Assembly: GCA_964402565.1 (NCBI GenBank)
Contig: CAYOCJ010000002.1
Span: forward strand, 391,340-455,339
DNA from: an uncultured Gammaproteobacteria bacterium
GTDB lineage: Bacteria; Patescibacteriota; Patescibacteriia; UBA1558; 2-01-FULL-52-15
Reading direction: 5' to 3'
DNA: 64,000 bases
Shown: one piece after another, positions 8,847 through 18,100 of the stretch
Layout of the letters: each line of letters opens with the position of its first letter
How positions within the stretch are numbered: the first letter of the stretch is position 1
Translations under genes and position numbers: made by a program
Notes under the pieces: generated by a model
Told to the model about the DNA's origin: nothing
Seen by the model: only the letters and a program-made list of their open reading frames with translations
Databases searched by the model: none

Positions 8847-10415
8847 TTATTGGGGGATCTTGTCGAAGCTGAACGTCGAGGTTGGCGTCGACGTTGTGGT
8901 GCTGGTAGCTCGCAGTTCTGCGGGCGTCAATGTTCGTATGATCTCGAGCGATCCCTTTTGCTCTACATCTTGGCCCAGAATGACGAGAAAATCAAGCTGT
9001 TTATAATTCCCCGCATCATCTTTCAGGTTCCATAATCGAGAGAGCGTCGTCGGCACGAATTCAAGCGGTATATTGGTTTCTGCCGTCACGCCGAAACGGG
9101 CCTGGAGATAGGCGAGGGTCAGTTTTTTTGAGCCATCGGTAAAATCATAGATCCGCGTCGTGGCATAGTCTTGTTTTGCGGCATTGCCTACGGCAACTGG
9201 TTTCATGCCTGCTTTCTCAAGTGACGTGCTGACGGTTGATGCGATATTCGGGATCGACGTTCCATTTTGGATCATTACCTGCGGGTCTTCATTATGAATA
9301 CCATTATCTTTGAAAATATTTTGTATGAGCGTCTGCAATTCCAAGAAATTGCCGGTCGCTGGCTGCAAAATATAGGCCCCATCGATAGAAGAAATGCCGC
9401 TGTGGAGATATCCGGTCGGCGAATCATCGAGGACCGCGCTATACATTTTTTTCATATCGATATCCTTGCCCAGATGGACCAGCTTCACCAATTCCCACGG
9501 CTCCATATCGGTCTTGGTATATTGATTGACGAGGTCGAATAGAGAAGTAAGTTTCAGAGGATTGAAGAGCGTATTGAATGACGCGAGTTTTTCTTTGGTC
9601 GCGAGAATGATCTTCTGCTGGCGCTTGCTGCGGGCAAAATCAGAACCCTCATTATTATTGCCGTGGCGCGAACGTGCGAAACGAAGCGCAGTCAGTCCGT
9701 CCATTTTTTGGCTGCCTTTCTTGAACGTAATGGTCTGTGTCTTAAAATCTGCGGTCGGGAATTCAGAGTCGCTGAAATCACGATCCACCGTGACTGTCAC
9801 GCCGCCGATCGTATCGATGACCTTGATAAAACCGTCGAAGTCCACGACGCCCATATAGTGGATCGGTATGCCGAAGGTCTTGCCGATCGTGTCCTTTGTT
9901 TTCTCGAACGCTGCTTCGAGCCCGTCCTTCTGGCTGAGGGCGTAAATATGATTGATTTTGATATAGGAGCCGGATCCGTCTGGCACGATGAGGTCGCGCG
10001 GTATCGAGATCATAGCGACTTCTTTCGTTGAAGGCTTGAGGCTTCCCAGAATGATCGTGTCAGTGAGATAGGGCCCTTCATGCCCGGGACCGCCGATGCC
10101 CATGAGAAGAAAATTGATCCGGTCGCTATCTTCGCCTTTTAATTTATTTGCTCCTGCTGAGAAAATATGCGTCAACTGCCGCATGATGAAGCCGTTTTTC
10201 ACGCCGACGAAGAATGAATTGTTCGAGCGGGAGATGATGGTGGTGCAGCTGGTGAGGATCAGGATGAGAACGATAAAAAAACACGAGAAGAATCTCATGC
10301 GCCGGCGCGGCGTTCGATCCTTGGGGTTCTGCTCCGGTGCGACCTGATCAAGTACCGTGGTGTCGAATCCTTGGGAAACGCCTCGATTGCTGCGATTAGA
10401 TGATTGCGTGTTCAA
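8847..10415 (-). CDS. LCP (LytR-CpsA-Psr) family protein with LytR C-terminal domain
   Basis: N-terminal TM, TDTII, SIPRDL, ALRFARSRH, SDFARSKRQQ, C-terminal IQNGT...GNA...LVILGQD. Confidence 0.92.
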   Translation of the reverse strand: MNTQSSNRSNRGVSQGFDTTVLDQVAPEQNPKDRTPRRRMRFFSCFFIVLILILTSCTTIISRSNNSFFVGVKNGFIMRQLTHIFSAGANKLKGEDSDRINFLLMGIGGPGHEGPYLTDTIILGSLKPSTKEVAMISIPRDLIVPDGSGSYIKINHIYALSQKDGLEAAFEKTKDTIGKTFGIPIHYMGVVDFDGFIKVIDTIGGVTVTVDRDFSDSEFPTADFKTQTITFKKGSQKMDGLTALRFARSRHGNNNEGSDFARSKRQQKIILATKEKLASFNTLFNPLKLTSLFDLVNQYTKTDMEPWELVKLVHLGKDIDMKKMYSAVLDDSPTGYLHSGISSIDGAYILQPATGNFLELQTLIQNIFKDNGIHNEDPQVMIQNGTSIPNIASTVSTSLEKAGMKPVAVGNAAKQDYATTRIYDFTDGSKKLTLAYLQARFGVTAETNIPLEFVPTTLSRLWNLKDDAGNYKQLDFLVILGQDVEQKGSLEIIRTLTPAELRATSTTTSTPTSTFSFDKIPQ

Positions 10416-10593
10416 ATGCGTATGTAATGAAGTGATTTCTGGTAGAAGCAGTATACAAAGTTACTGCGCTTGGGTCAATTTGTGCTCGATACTATTTTCT
10501 GCTATTCTGCTTGAAAGTTTTAGCGGTTTTACGTGTAGTATAAAATACGCTATACTACTTACTTGTTACACTAAAGTTAGGCATCTATTTCAT

Positions 10594-11145
10594 ATGATAT
10601 TGGATTTTCTGAAGCGCGCAGGGCTTCTCATCTTCGAAACATTCAAGGTAGTGTTGATCTCGCTGGCTATCATATTGCCAATCAGGTATTTTTTGATCCA
10701 GCCATTCTATGTCGAAGGCGCCTCAATGGAGCCGAATTTCTATTCAAAGGAGTATCTCATCATTGATGAGATCAGTTATCGCTTTCATAGCCCCGCCCGC
10801 GGAGAAGTGGTTGTCCTCAGGAATCCCCAGAATACAAGCCAGTTCTATATTAAACGCATCATCGGCTTGCCAGGCGAGAAGATAAAGATGGATCAGGGGC
10901 ATATGTATATAAATGATAAAGAATTGAAAGAAGCCTATCTTTCAGATGTCTTTGCAACGCAGGCTTCGATGCCTGAGCAAACCCTGGGCGCAGGACAGTA
11001 CTTCGTCATGGGCGACAATCGCGCCAATAGCCTTGATTCCAGGATCCTCGGTCCGGTGCCATTCCAGTATCTGATCGGCAGGGTTTGGGTCAGGGGATGG
11101 CCGTTTAATCGCATCAGTTTATTTGGCGCCCCCAGCTATAATTAA
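10594..11145 (+). CDS. lepB: Signal peptidase I
   Basis: GASMEP (Ser), YIKRIIGLPGE (Lys), MGDNRANSLDSR; start ATG 10594. Confidence 0.95.
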   Translation: MILDFLKRAGLLIFETFKVVLISLAIILPIRYFLIQPFYVEGASMEPNFYSKEYLIIDEISYRFHSPARGEVVVLRNPQNTSQFYIKRIIGLPGEKIKMDQGHMYINDKELKEAYLSDVFATQASMPEQTLGAGQYFVMGDNRANSLDSRILGPVPFQYLIGRVWVRGWPFNRISLFGAPSYN

Positions 11146-11146
11146 T

Positions 11147-12490
11147 ATGTCGCAGACGCCGAAATCAAAAAAGCAAACATTCCAGCTGCTTCGCGGCATG
11201 AAGGATGTATTGCCTGATGAAGATCGCTACTGGTATTTCATGTATGACCGCGCCGCCGATTTTGCGCGCCGCTATGGATTCAGAAAAATAGAACCTCCGG
11301 TTCTGGAACAATCTGGTTTATATTTACGTTCGACCGGCACGAGCTCAGATATCGTTACGAAGGAAATGTATGCTTTTGTCGATCCGGGCAATGAAAAGAT
11401 CGCATTGCGGCCCGAGTTCACCCCTGGCATCAATCGAGCCTATATTGAGCATGGCATGTTCAATCAGCCTCAGCCGGTGAAGTTGTTTTCTTTCGGCCCT
11501 GTGTTTCGGCACGATCGTCCGCAGGCCGGCAGATACCGCCAGCATACGCAGATCGATTTCGAATGCATCGGCGATCAAAGCCCTATTCTCGACGCACAAT
11601 TGATCAGCATGGGGTATCAATTTTATGCGACCTTAGGTTTGAATGTACAGATCGATATCAATAGCATCGGCTGTTCAGTGTGCCGGCCGCGCTATGTGAA
11701 GAAATTAACTACGTTTTTGACCGATAATAAAAAAAGCCTGGGCGAGGATGATATGGAGCGCCTGAAGAAAAATCCTTTGCGCGTTTTGGATACCAAGGAT
11801 CCGGCTGTAGTAGAACTGCTCCTGCAGGCTCCGCAAAGCGTGGATTATTTGTGCGATGAATGCAAGGATCATTTCGTTCTCGTACTCGAATATTTGGATG
11901 AGCTGGAAGTAACCTATAATCTGAACCCGCGCATAGTCCGGGGATTGGATTATTATACGAAGACGACTTGGGAGATCTTTGAGAGCGGCAAGTCCGGTTC
12001 CCAGGATTCATTGGGCGGCGGCGGAAGATATGATGAGCTGCTGCATACGATCGGCGCTCGGGCAAAAACACCGGCGGTCGGTTTCGCGCTCGGTGTTGAA
12101 CGAGCAATCACGAAACTTCGTGCGAATGATATCGCGGTTCCGAATTTACAGAAAGCAGAAGTCTATATTGCACAGCTTGGAAAAGAAGCAAAGAAAAAAG
12201 CATTGAAATTATTCAAGCAGCTGAACGAGCAAGGCTACCTGGTCGCTGAGAATTTTTCGAAGGATGGATTGAAGTCCCAGCTCGAAGCTGCAGACCGGCT
12301 CGGCGTGAAGTATGCTTTGATCATCGGCCAGCAGGAGATCGTAGATAATACGGTGCTCATCAGAGATATGGAAAATGGAAATCAGGAAACAGTGGATTGG
12401 TCGAAGATCGTCGCAGAAGTATCGAAGCATCTTGAGAAGAGCGTCCGGTCGAAGCGCCTCGAACGCTCATTGCCCCCACCCGCTGTATAA
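11147..12490 (+). CDS. hisS: Histidine--tRNA ligase
   Basis: LRPEFT, FRHDRPQAGRYRQH, VRGLDYY, GGGRYD, GFALGVER, anticodon-binding domain. Confidence 0.97.
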   Translation: MSQTPKSKKQTFQLLRGMKDVLPDEDRYWYFMYDRAADFARRYGFRKIEPPVLEQSGLYLRSTGTSSDIVTKEMYAFVDPGNEKIALRPEFTPGINRAYIEHGMFNQPQPVKLFSFGPVFRHDRPQAGRYRQHTQIDFECIGDQSPILDAQLISMGYQFYATLGLNVQIDINSIGCSVCRPRYVKKLTTFLTDNKKSLGEDDMERLKKNPLRVLDTKDPAVVELLLQAPQSVDYLCDECKDHFVLVLEYLDELEVTYNLNPRIVRGLDYYTKTTWEIFESGKSGSQDSLGGGGRYDELLHTIGARAKTPAVGFALGVERAITKLRANDIAVPNLQKAEVYIAQLGKEAKKKALKLFKQLNEQGYLVAENFSKDGLKSQLEAADRLGVKYALIIGQQEIVDNTVLIRDMENGNQETVDWSKIVAEVSKHLEKSVRSKRLERSLPPPAV

Positions 12491-12512
12491 GGGCGCATGC
12501 ATGAAAATGTAG

Positions 12513-12541
12513 AAAAAACCTCACGCAGCGTGAGGTTTTTT
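12513..12541. terminator. Rho-independent terminator after hisS
   Basis: AAAAAACCTCACG-CAG-CGTGAGGTTTTTT. Confidence 0.8.
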
Positions 12542-12614
12542 GGTATGAAAACCGTCATAGAGCAAGCCATATGAATGTTCGCTAGCTGCTGTGCAAAAGT
12601 AGGACCAGGAATCA

Positions 12615-12643
12615 TTGACACCAGTTGCTTAAGTTGTTATTAT
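12615..12643 (+). promoter_or_regulatory. sigma70 promoter of rpsU-yqeY (possibly reading on into the surface locus)
   Basis: TTGACA, 17 bp, TG-n-TATTAT. Confidence 0.7.
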
Positions 12644-12680
12644 TTTGGTACTATAGACTATAGAAAGGAAGGTGACCACC

Positions 12681-12923
12681 GTGGTAGAAGTAAAGAAGAA
12701 AGACGGCGAGTCCTTTGAAAGTTTAGTCCGACGATTTAGCCGCAGAACGTTACAGAGCGGTAGGCTCTTGCAGGCAAAAAAAATTCGTTTTTTCACGAAG
12801 CCTGAAAGCAGCCTCATGAAGAAAGAAGGCGCATTGCGACGAAAGAAGAACCGAGCGCAGCGCGAGTACTTGAAACGAATCGGCAAATTGGACGAAACGC
12901 AAGAACGCCGCAGACGATTTTAG
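12681..12923 (+). CDS. rpsU: 30S ribosomal protein bS21
   Basis: VEVKKKDGESFESLVRRF...RFFTKP; upstream of yqeY (conserved synteny); GTG 12681 follows the SD-like AAAGGAAGGTGA. Confidence 0.85.
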   Translation: MVEVKKKDGESFESLVRRFSRRTLQSGRLLQAKKIRFFTKPESSLMKKEGALRRKKNRAQREYLKRIGKLDETQERRRRF

Positions 12924-12932
12924 TTTACGCTA

Positions 12933-13424
12933 ATGACACTTGTTCAAAAAATAGAACAAGACCTAATCGAGAGCCAGCGAGCAAAGCAGCAATCAAAAAC
13001 TGCTGTTTTGCGTTTAAAGCAGCAATCAAAAACTGCTGTTTTGCGTTTAATGAAGAATGCTCTGAAGAATGCTGCGATAGAGAAACGGCTCGATCTTGCA
13101 GAGATGCCTGATGAGCAAGTCGTTGCCGTCATGCGAACGGAAGTGAAAAAACGCAAAGAAGCCATTGATGCATTCATGAAAGGCGGGCGTCCTGAGCTTG
13201 CGAAGAATGAGCAGGATGAACTCGCGATGATCGAGAGTTATTTGCCGGCATTCATGCCAGCGGATGAAGTGAAAAAAATAATTGATGAGGTCGTGAGTGA
13301 ACAGCAGCTGCATCCGCCTTATCAATTCGGGATGCTGATGGGCGCGGTGGTAAAAAAGATCGCCGGTCGCGCAGACGGTGCTGTGGTGAAAGAAGCTGTG
13401 CAACAATTCATAGCAGGAAGCTAG
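12933..13424 (+). CDS. yqeY: GatB/YqeY domain protein
   Basis: LRLMKNALKN...EVKKRKEAIDAF..GGRPELA..E..EL..IESYLP...GMLMG...GRADG. Confidence 0.92.
   Translation: MTLVQKIEQDLIESQRAKQQSKTAVLRLKQQSKTAVLRLMKNALKNAAIEKRLDLAEMPDEQVVAVMRTEVKKRKEAIDAFMKGGRPELAKNEQDELAMIESYLPAFMPADEVKKIIDEVVSEQQLHPPYQFGMLMGAVVKKIAGRADGAVVKEAVQQFIAGS
12983..13048 (+). repeat. Perfect 33-bp tandem duplication in yqeY
   Basis: AAAGCAGCAATCAAAAACTGCTGTTTTGCGTTT x2, giving KQQSKTAVLRL x2. Confidence 0.95.
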
Positions 13425-13450
13425 ACAGCAACATATTATCGTTTCAACCC

Positions 13451-15184
13451 ATGCTTACAAAAACAAAAAAACTAATCCTGCTCACGCTTATCGTGACCTC
13501 TGTTGCGATAGGCTTTTTTATTTTTAGAAGCACTGCGGTATTTGCGCAAGCGTCCCTCGACTTCCCCACAAGTTTCGCTGGATTCAGTTCGCAAGATTTG
13601 AAAACCACGATCGAGAATATCGTTCGCATCGTTCTTGGCTTCATCGGATTTATCTTTTTGTTGCTGCTGCTCTATGCAGGTTTTGTATGGATGACGTCAG
13701 GCGGAGACGAGAAGAAGATCACGCGGGCAAAAAAGATCATCGCAAGCTCCGTGATTGGATTATTGCTGACGCTCTCGGCGTATGCCATCGCAAGCTTCAT
13801 AGTGCAGCGCCTGACCGGAGCCGCTGAGAATGGATCTGTCGGCAGCTCAAGTACTGGACCCGGAGGTTTTGGCTATGCGCTCGGCTCTGGTGCTTTGGAA
13901 AGCCATTACCCGGGACGCAATGCCCGCGATATTCCTCGCAATACCAATATCTACATCACGTTCAAAGAAGCTATGGATGTGAAGACCATTTGCGATCCGG
14001 GTCCTGACGGCACCTACGGAACTCCTGATGATCCAAATCGCGTCAATACGGCAAGCATACAGCTCAAAGATATGAATAGCCTGGAGCCTGCTGACTCGAA
14101 CGATACAGCGAACGACGATACGCTTGAGGGAATTACCTGTCAGCCGACGGACGCATCATTGAAGACCTTCAAATTCGACCCGACTGCAAACCTTGGCACG
14201 GGAACGGGTAATGTGCCGTATAATGTGATTTTGGTTCCGCATCAGATCAAAACCGCTGACAATGAAGATGCCTTAGCGTTCGGATATAGCTGGCGCTTCA
14301 CCGTGAACTCGGTTCTGGATGAAACGCCGCCAAAGATCATAAGCGTGTATCCGAATATGGGGGACATAGTGCCTCGCAACAGTATCGTGCAGATTAACTT
14401 CTCAGAACCAGTAGATCCGACCAATGCAGCAGGTTTTTATTCTCCAACGTCAACTCCGGCCTCGCTGTATAACAGTATTACTCTTGACGATCAACCAGCT
14501 CCAAAACCAGCGAATGCTTACTACTTAGCAGGAACGTATGCATCGGCCAATCAATATCAATCTACGGAATTTATTTCGAATGAACTCTGCGGTCAGAATT
14601 CTTGCGGCGAAAAAGTGTATTGTCTGCCCGGATTAATTACTATCTATGGCGAGGTAACCAGCGCTATTACTGATATGGCAGGCAATCATCTCGATGGAGA
14701 GTTCCCGGCACCGTATACATTTCCGTCAGGTGATGGCACGGCCGGAGGTAATTTCGACTGGCGATTCCAGACCACGAATACCCTGGACTTGAAACCGCCT
14801 TTGATGCTGACGCGAAATCCTGGCAGGAATGCGACTGATGTGGATGTGTACAAGCCTATCACCATGGATTTCAATAAAAAATTGTCGGCTTCGAGCCTGA
14901 CCTCGACCAATGTCGGCTTCTATCGCACCTATCCGTATCCAGGAGGCACGGCGTGGGACGATCAGATAAACTATTGGGTTAGTAAAGACGATACAAAGAA
15001 CTTAGATACTGATCCGGAAACCGAGACGCAGGTGATCATCGGCCATGATATTTTCAAACCGCTTACTCCGTATCATCCGGGCGCAAGTTCAGAGATCCGT
15101 GACGTGAGCCAAAACTGTTATTTCCCGGCTCAATGCGATGCGCCGCCCTATGACGGAGTAGGCAGTCTTGCAGAATGTAATTAA
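13451..15184 (+). CDS. TrbC/VirB2-type pilin domain fused to three Ig-like (Big_5-type) domains
   Basis: Signal ending AVFA|Q; two hydrophobic helices around YAGFVWMTSGGDEKKITRAKKII; repeats of P...RN..I.I.F.E...W.F. Confidence 0.75.
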   Translation: MLTKTKKLILLTLIVTSVAIGFFIFRSTAVFAQASLDFPTSFAGFSSQDLKTTIENIVRIVLGFIGFIFLLLLLYAGFVWMTSGGDEKKITRAKKIIASSVIGLLLTLSAYAIASFIVQRLTGAAENGSVGSSSTGPGGFGYALGSGALESHYPGRNARDIPRNTNIYITFKEAMDVKTICDPGPDGTYGTPDDPNRVNTASIQLKDMNSLEPADSNDTANDDTLEGITCQPTDASLKTFKFDPTANLGTGTGNVPYNVILVPHQIKTADNEDALAFGYSWRFTVNSVLDETPPKIISVYPNMGDIVPRNSIVQINFSEPVDPTNAAGFYSPTSTPASLYNSITLDDQPAPKPANAYYLAGTYASANQYQSTEFISNELCGQNSCGEKVYCLPGLITIYGEVTSAITDMAGNHLDGEFPAPYTFPSGDGTAGGNFDWRFQTTNTLDLKPPLMLTRNPGRNATDVDVYKPITMDFNKKLSASSLTSTNVGFYRTYPYPGGTAWDDQINYWVSKDDTKNLDTDPETETQVIIGHDIFKPLTPYHPGASSEIRDVSQNCYFPAQCDAPPYDGVGSLAECN

Positions 15185-15185
15185 T

Positions 15186-18100
15186 ATGCATTTCAGGCTT
15201 TCATCACGATTGAAAAAGATCATTCTCGGGCTAGTACTCGCTGGAGGAGTCGCTGTCTTCACGCATAGTGCTCTCGCACAAGTTTCTGTGGATCTGCCGA
15301 CCAGCTTTGCCGGATTCAGTTCGCAGGATTTGAAATTGACGATCGCGAATATCGTGCGGATCGTTCTCGGGTTCATCGGAATTCTATTCTTGTTATTAGT
15401 TCTGTATGGAGGCCTGGTATGGATGACATCTCAAGGACAGCCTGACAAGATCAATAGAGCAAAGAAAATAATCGCATCGGCAGTTATCGGTTTGCTTATC
15501 GTATTATCCGCTTATTCCATCGCAGGATTTATCGTCGGCAGTTTACAGGGAGCGGTCAGCCCGACACCGCCAGGGCCTCCTGCTGTTTGCGGTGATGGCG
15601 CAGTTACCGGCGGTGAGCAATGTGATGATGGCAATACGCTGAATGGAGATGGCTGCTCTGCATTCTGTGCCATTGAAGGCGTTATCCCTGGATGCACATT
15701 GCCGACAGTACCTGGTAGCGTGAAAGTATGTAATGTCACCAATCCTGCCTATCGATCACAGGTCGCTGTTATCAATGGATATAACTTCGGAGCAAGCGTT
15801 GGAACGGTCACTATCAACGGCGTTGCGGTAACGCCGGTCGCTTGCGGACCATCATCTGGCTGGAGCGGCGGTTCTATCGTGGTAGATATTCCTGCAACGA
15901 TACCGCTGGGCACTATCGGAGCGCAGAACGTGGTCGTTACCCGGTCAGATTCTGCTACATGTGCTGCCGGGAATTGCGGTGTCACGAACGTCAGCATTGG
16001 TTCAAGCCCGTTCATCAGGTGTATGACGCCGAATTTCGGACCGTCAAACGGTACCGGCGACATCAAGGTTGAAGGCGGAAACTTCGGCACCGTACAAGGT
16101 AATATTGAAATGGAAGGAGCCGCGCCTGCGCCCGCGAACCGATTCCTCGTAGGAGCTGCGAATCTCATCGGACCGTGGACTAATGAAGAAGTGCACTTCA
16201 GAGCGCCGGCAGCCGGGGCCCCTCAACAAGCAGTGTCAGGCGATGTAGTGCTGGTCACTTCTACAGCAGCGCGAAGCAATGGCATGCCGTTCACCGTGAC
16301 CTGTTCTGTGGCAAGCAGCGCTTCATCAGAGTGTGCGACTAACTGTTGCACGCCTTCATTGCAATGCCGTCCTATGCTTGAATGTGTTGCAGCTGCTGCA
16401 GGAGGGCCGTTCATCTCGAGCATTAATCCGAATAATGGAGAAGAAGGGAATTATGTCACGATCAATGGAAGCGGCTTTGGAGCCGCCAGGGGAACGAGCG
16501 TTTTGCATTTTTTGTGGCCTGACGCAACCAATACAGATTATCCAAATAGTTTCCCATCGAACCCTGCTTGTACAGCAAACTGGTCAGACACCCAGATCAT
16601 CATGGAGGTTCCGCCAGTGGGCGGGGTAGGAGATGGCCCTGATTCACCGCCGAATGGCATCGTATGGGTGACCACCGGCGTGGGAGATTCAAATCAAGTT
16701 CCATTTACGATCAATGATATCGTGCGCCCGGGCCTCTGCAAAGTTTCACCGACATCTGGCTTCCCGAATCTGCCCCCGCCTTTCCATCTGAACGGAAATA
16801 ATATGTCTGGTGCTGCTCAGAAGATCTTTTTCGGCGTACCTCCGGGCATTGATGCGACCAGCCCGAACTTTATCGATGCGCAGAATGCGGATGGCATGAT
16901 CCCGAATCTGATAGCAGGCACGACGACCGTTGCATTTTCTGTGGGTGTCGGCGCTGCAACTCAGTATTCGAACCCATTGGACTTCGCAGTGCTCGGTGTC
17001 GCTGCAGGAGATCCTATCATCAATTCGGTCACTCCACTGAGCGGACCATCAGGAACCTATGTGACCATACAAGGTGCGAATTTTGGAACGACGATCGGGA
17101 AAGTGTTCCTGAGCCCCATCGGACATCCAGGATGCGGCCCCGGTTCTCCGTCGCCTACGGGCAATGATTGTCTTGCAGATATTGCATTTCCTGCGATGTG
17201 CAGCACTGATTTCTGGCGTGACGACCAGATCATTGTGAAAGTTCCGAAGACCGGACCTCCAGGCAATACGCCAGCGGGGAATTATTTCTTCATCGTTCAG
17301 CGGGCGAGCACGCCGGTGAAAACATCTCAAATGGTTTCGATACCTAATACGAATGGTATCTTTGTAAAAAATGACGCGTTGCCTGTCACCCCAGGGTTGT
17401 GCCGCATCAATCCCGTCGGAGGTCCTGCAGGAACGCCGGTAGATTATTTTGGTGAAAATTTCGGAGTCACCCCTGGTCCGCAAAGCTCAATTTGGTTCGA
17501 TAAGGATGCCGGCGTGACGACAGGTTTCACCTGGACCGATACGCAAGTCCTTGGCGCCGTCGTACCGGGCAGCGCTATTACGGGCACGACTACCGTTCAG
17601 CACAATGACCGTAATCGCAGCAATCCGATCCCGTTCTTTGTCGGGTCATGTACTTCAAACCTACAATGCGGCAGCGCTACGTGTTGCAGCGGCGTGTGTC
17701 GCGTGGGTGCTTGCAATGCAACGACGCATGATGAAAACAACTGGCAGTTCACGTCAGGACAATATGATTTCGATCTTGAACGCAGACAGCAATGCACCGA
17801 GGGAATGCAGACACCGACGCCATTCCCGTATGATCATGTGAATATGAACTGGGATGGATTCTTTGACCCGGTCATCCTGCCGGTCTATGACGAGAATGAT
17901 CCAATAACCAATGCGCCTCTGGACGTTGCGATCGCCGCAGAATTTAATAGGCCTCTAAATTATGCGACCATCGAAGGTCCGTTGCCGGCATTTACTGACA
18001 ATGGTGTCCGCATTTTCAGATGCAATGCTGCAAGCCCGACGTTTAATGGCACCGGATGTACTGAAGTTACCGGTGATGGAGATTTTGCACCGCTCGGCAG

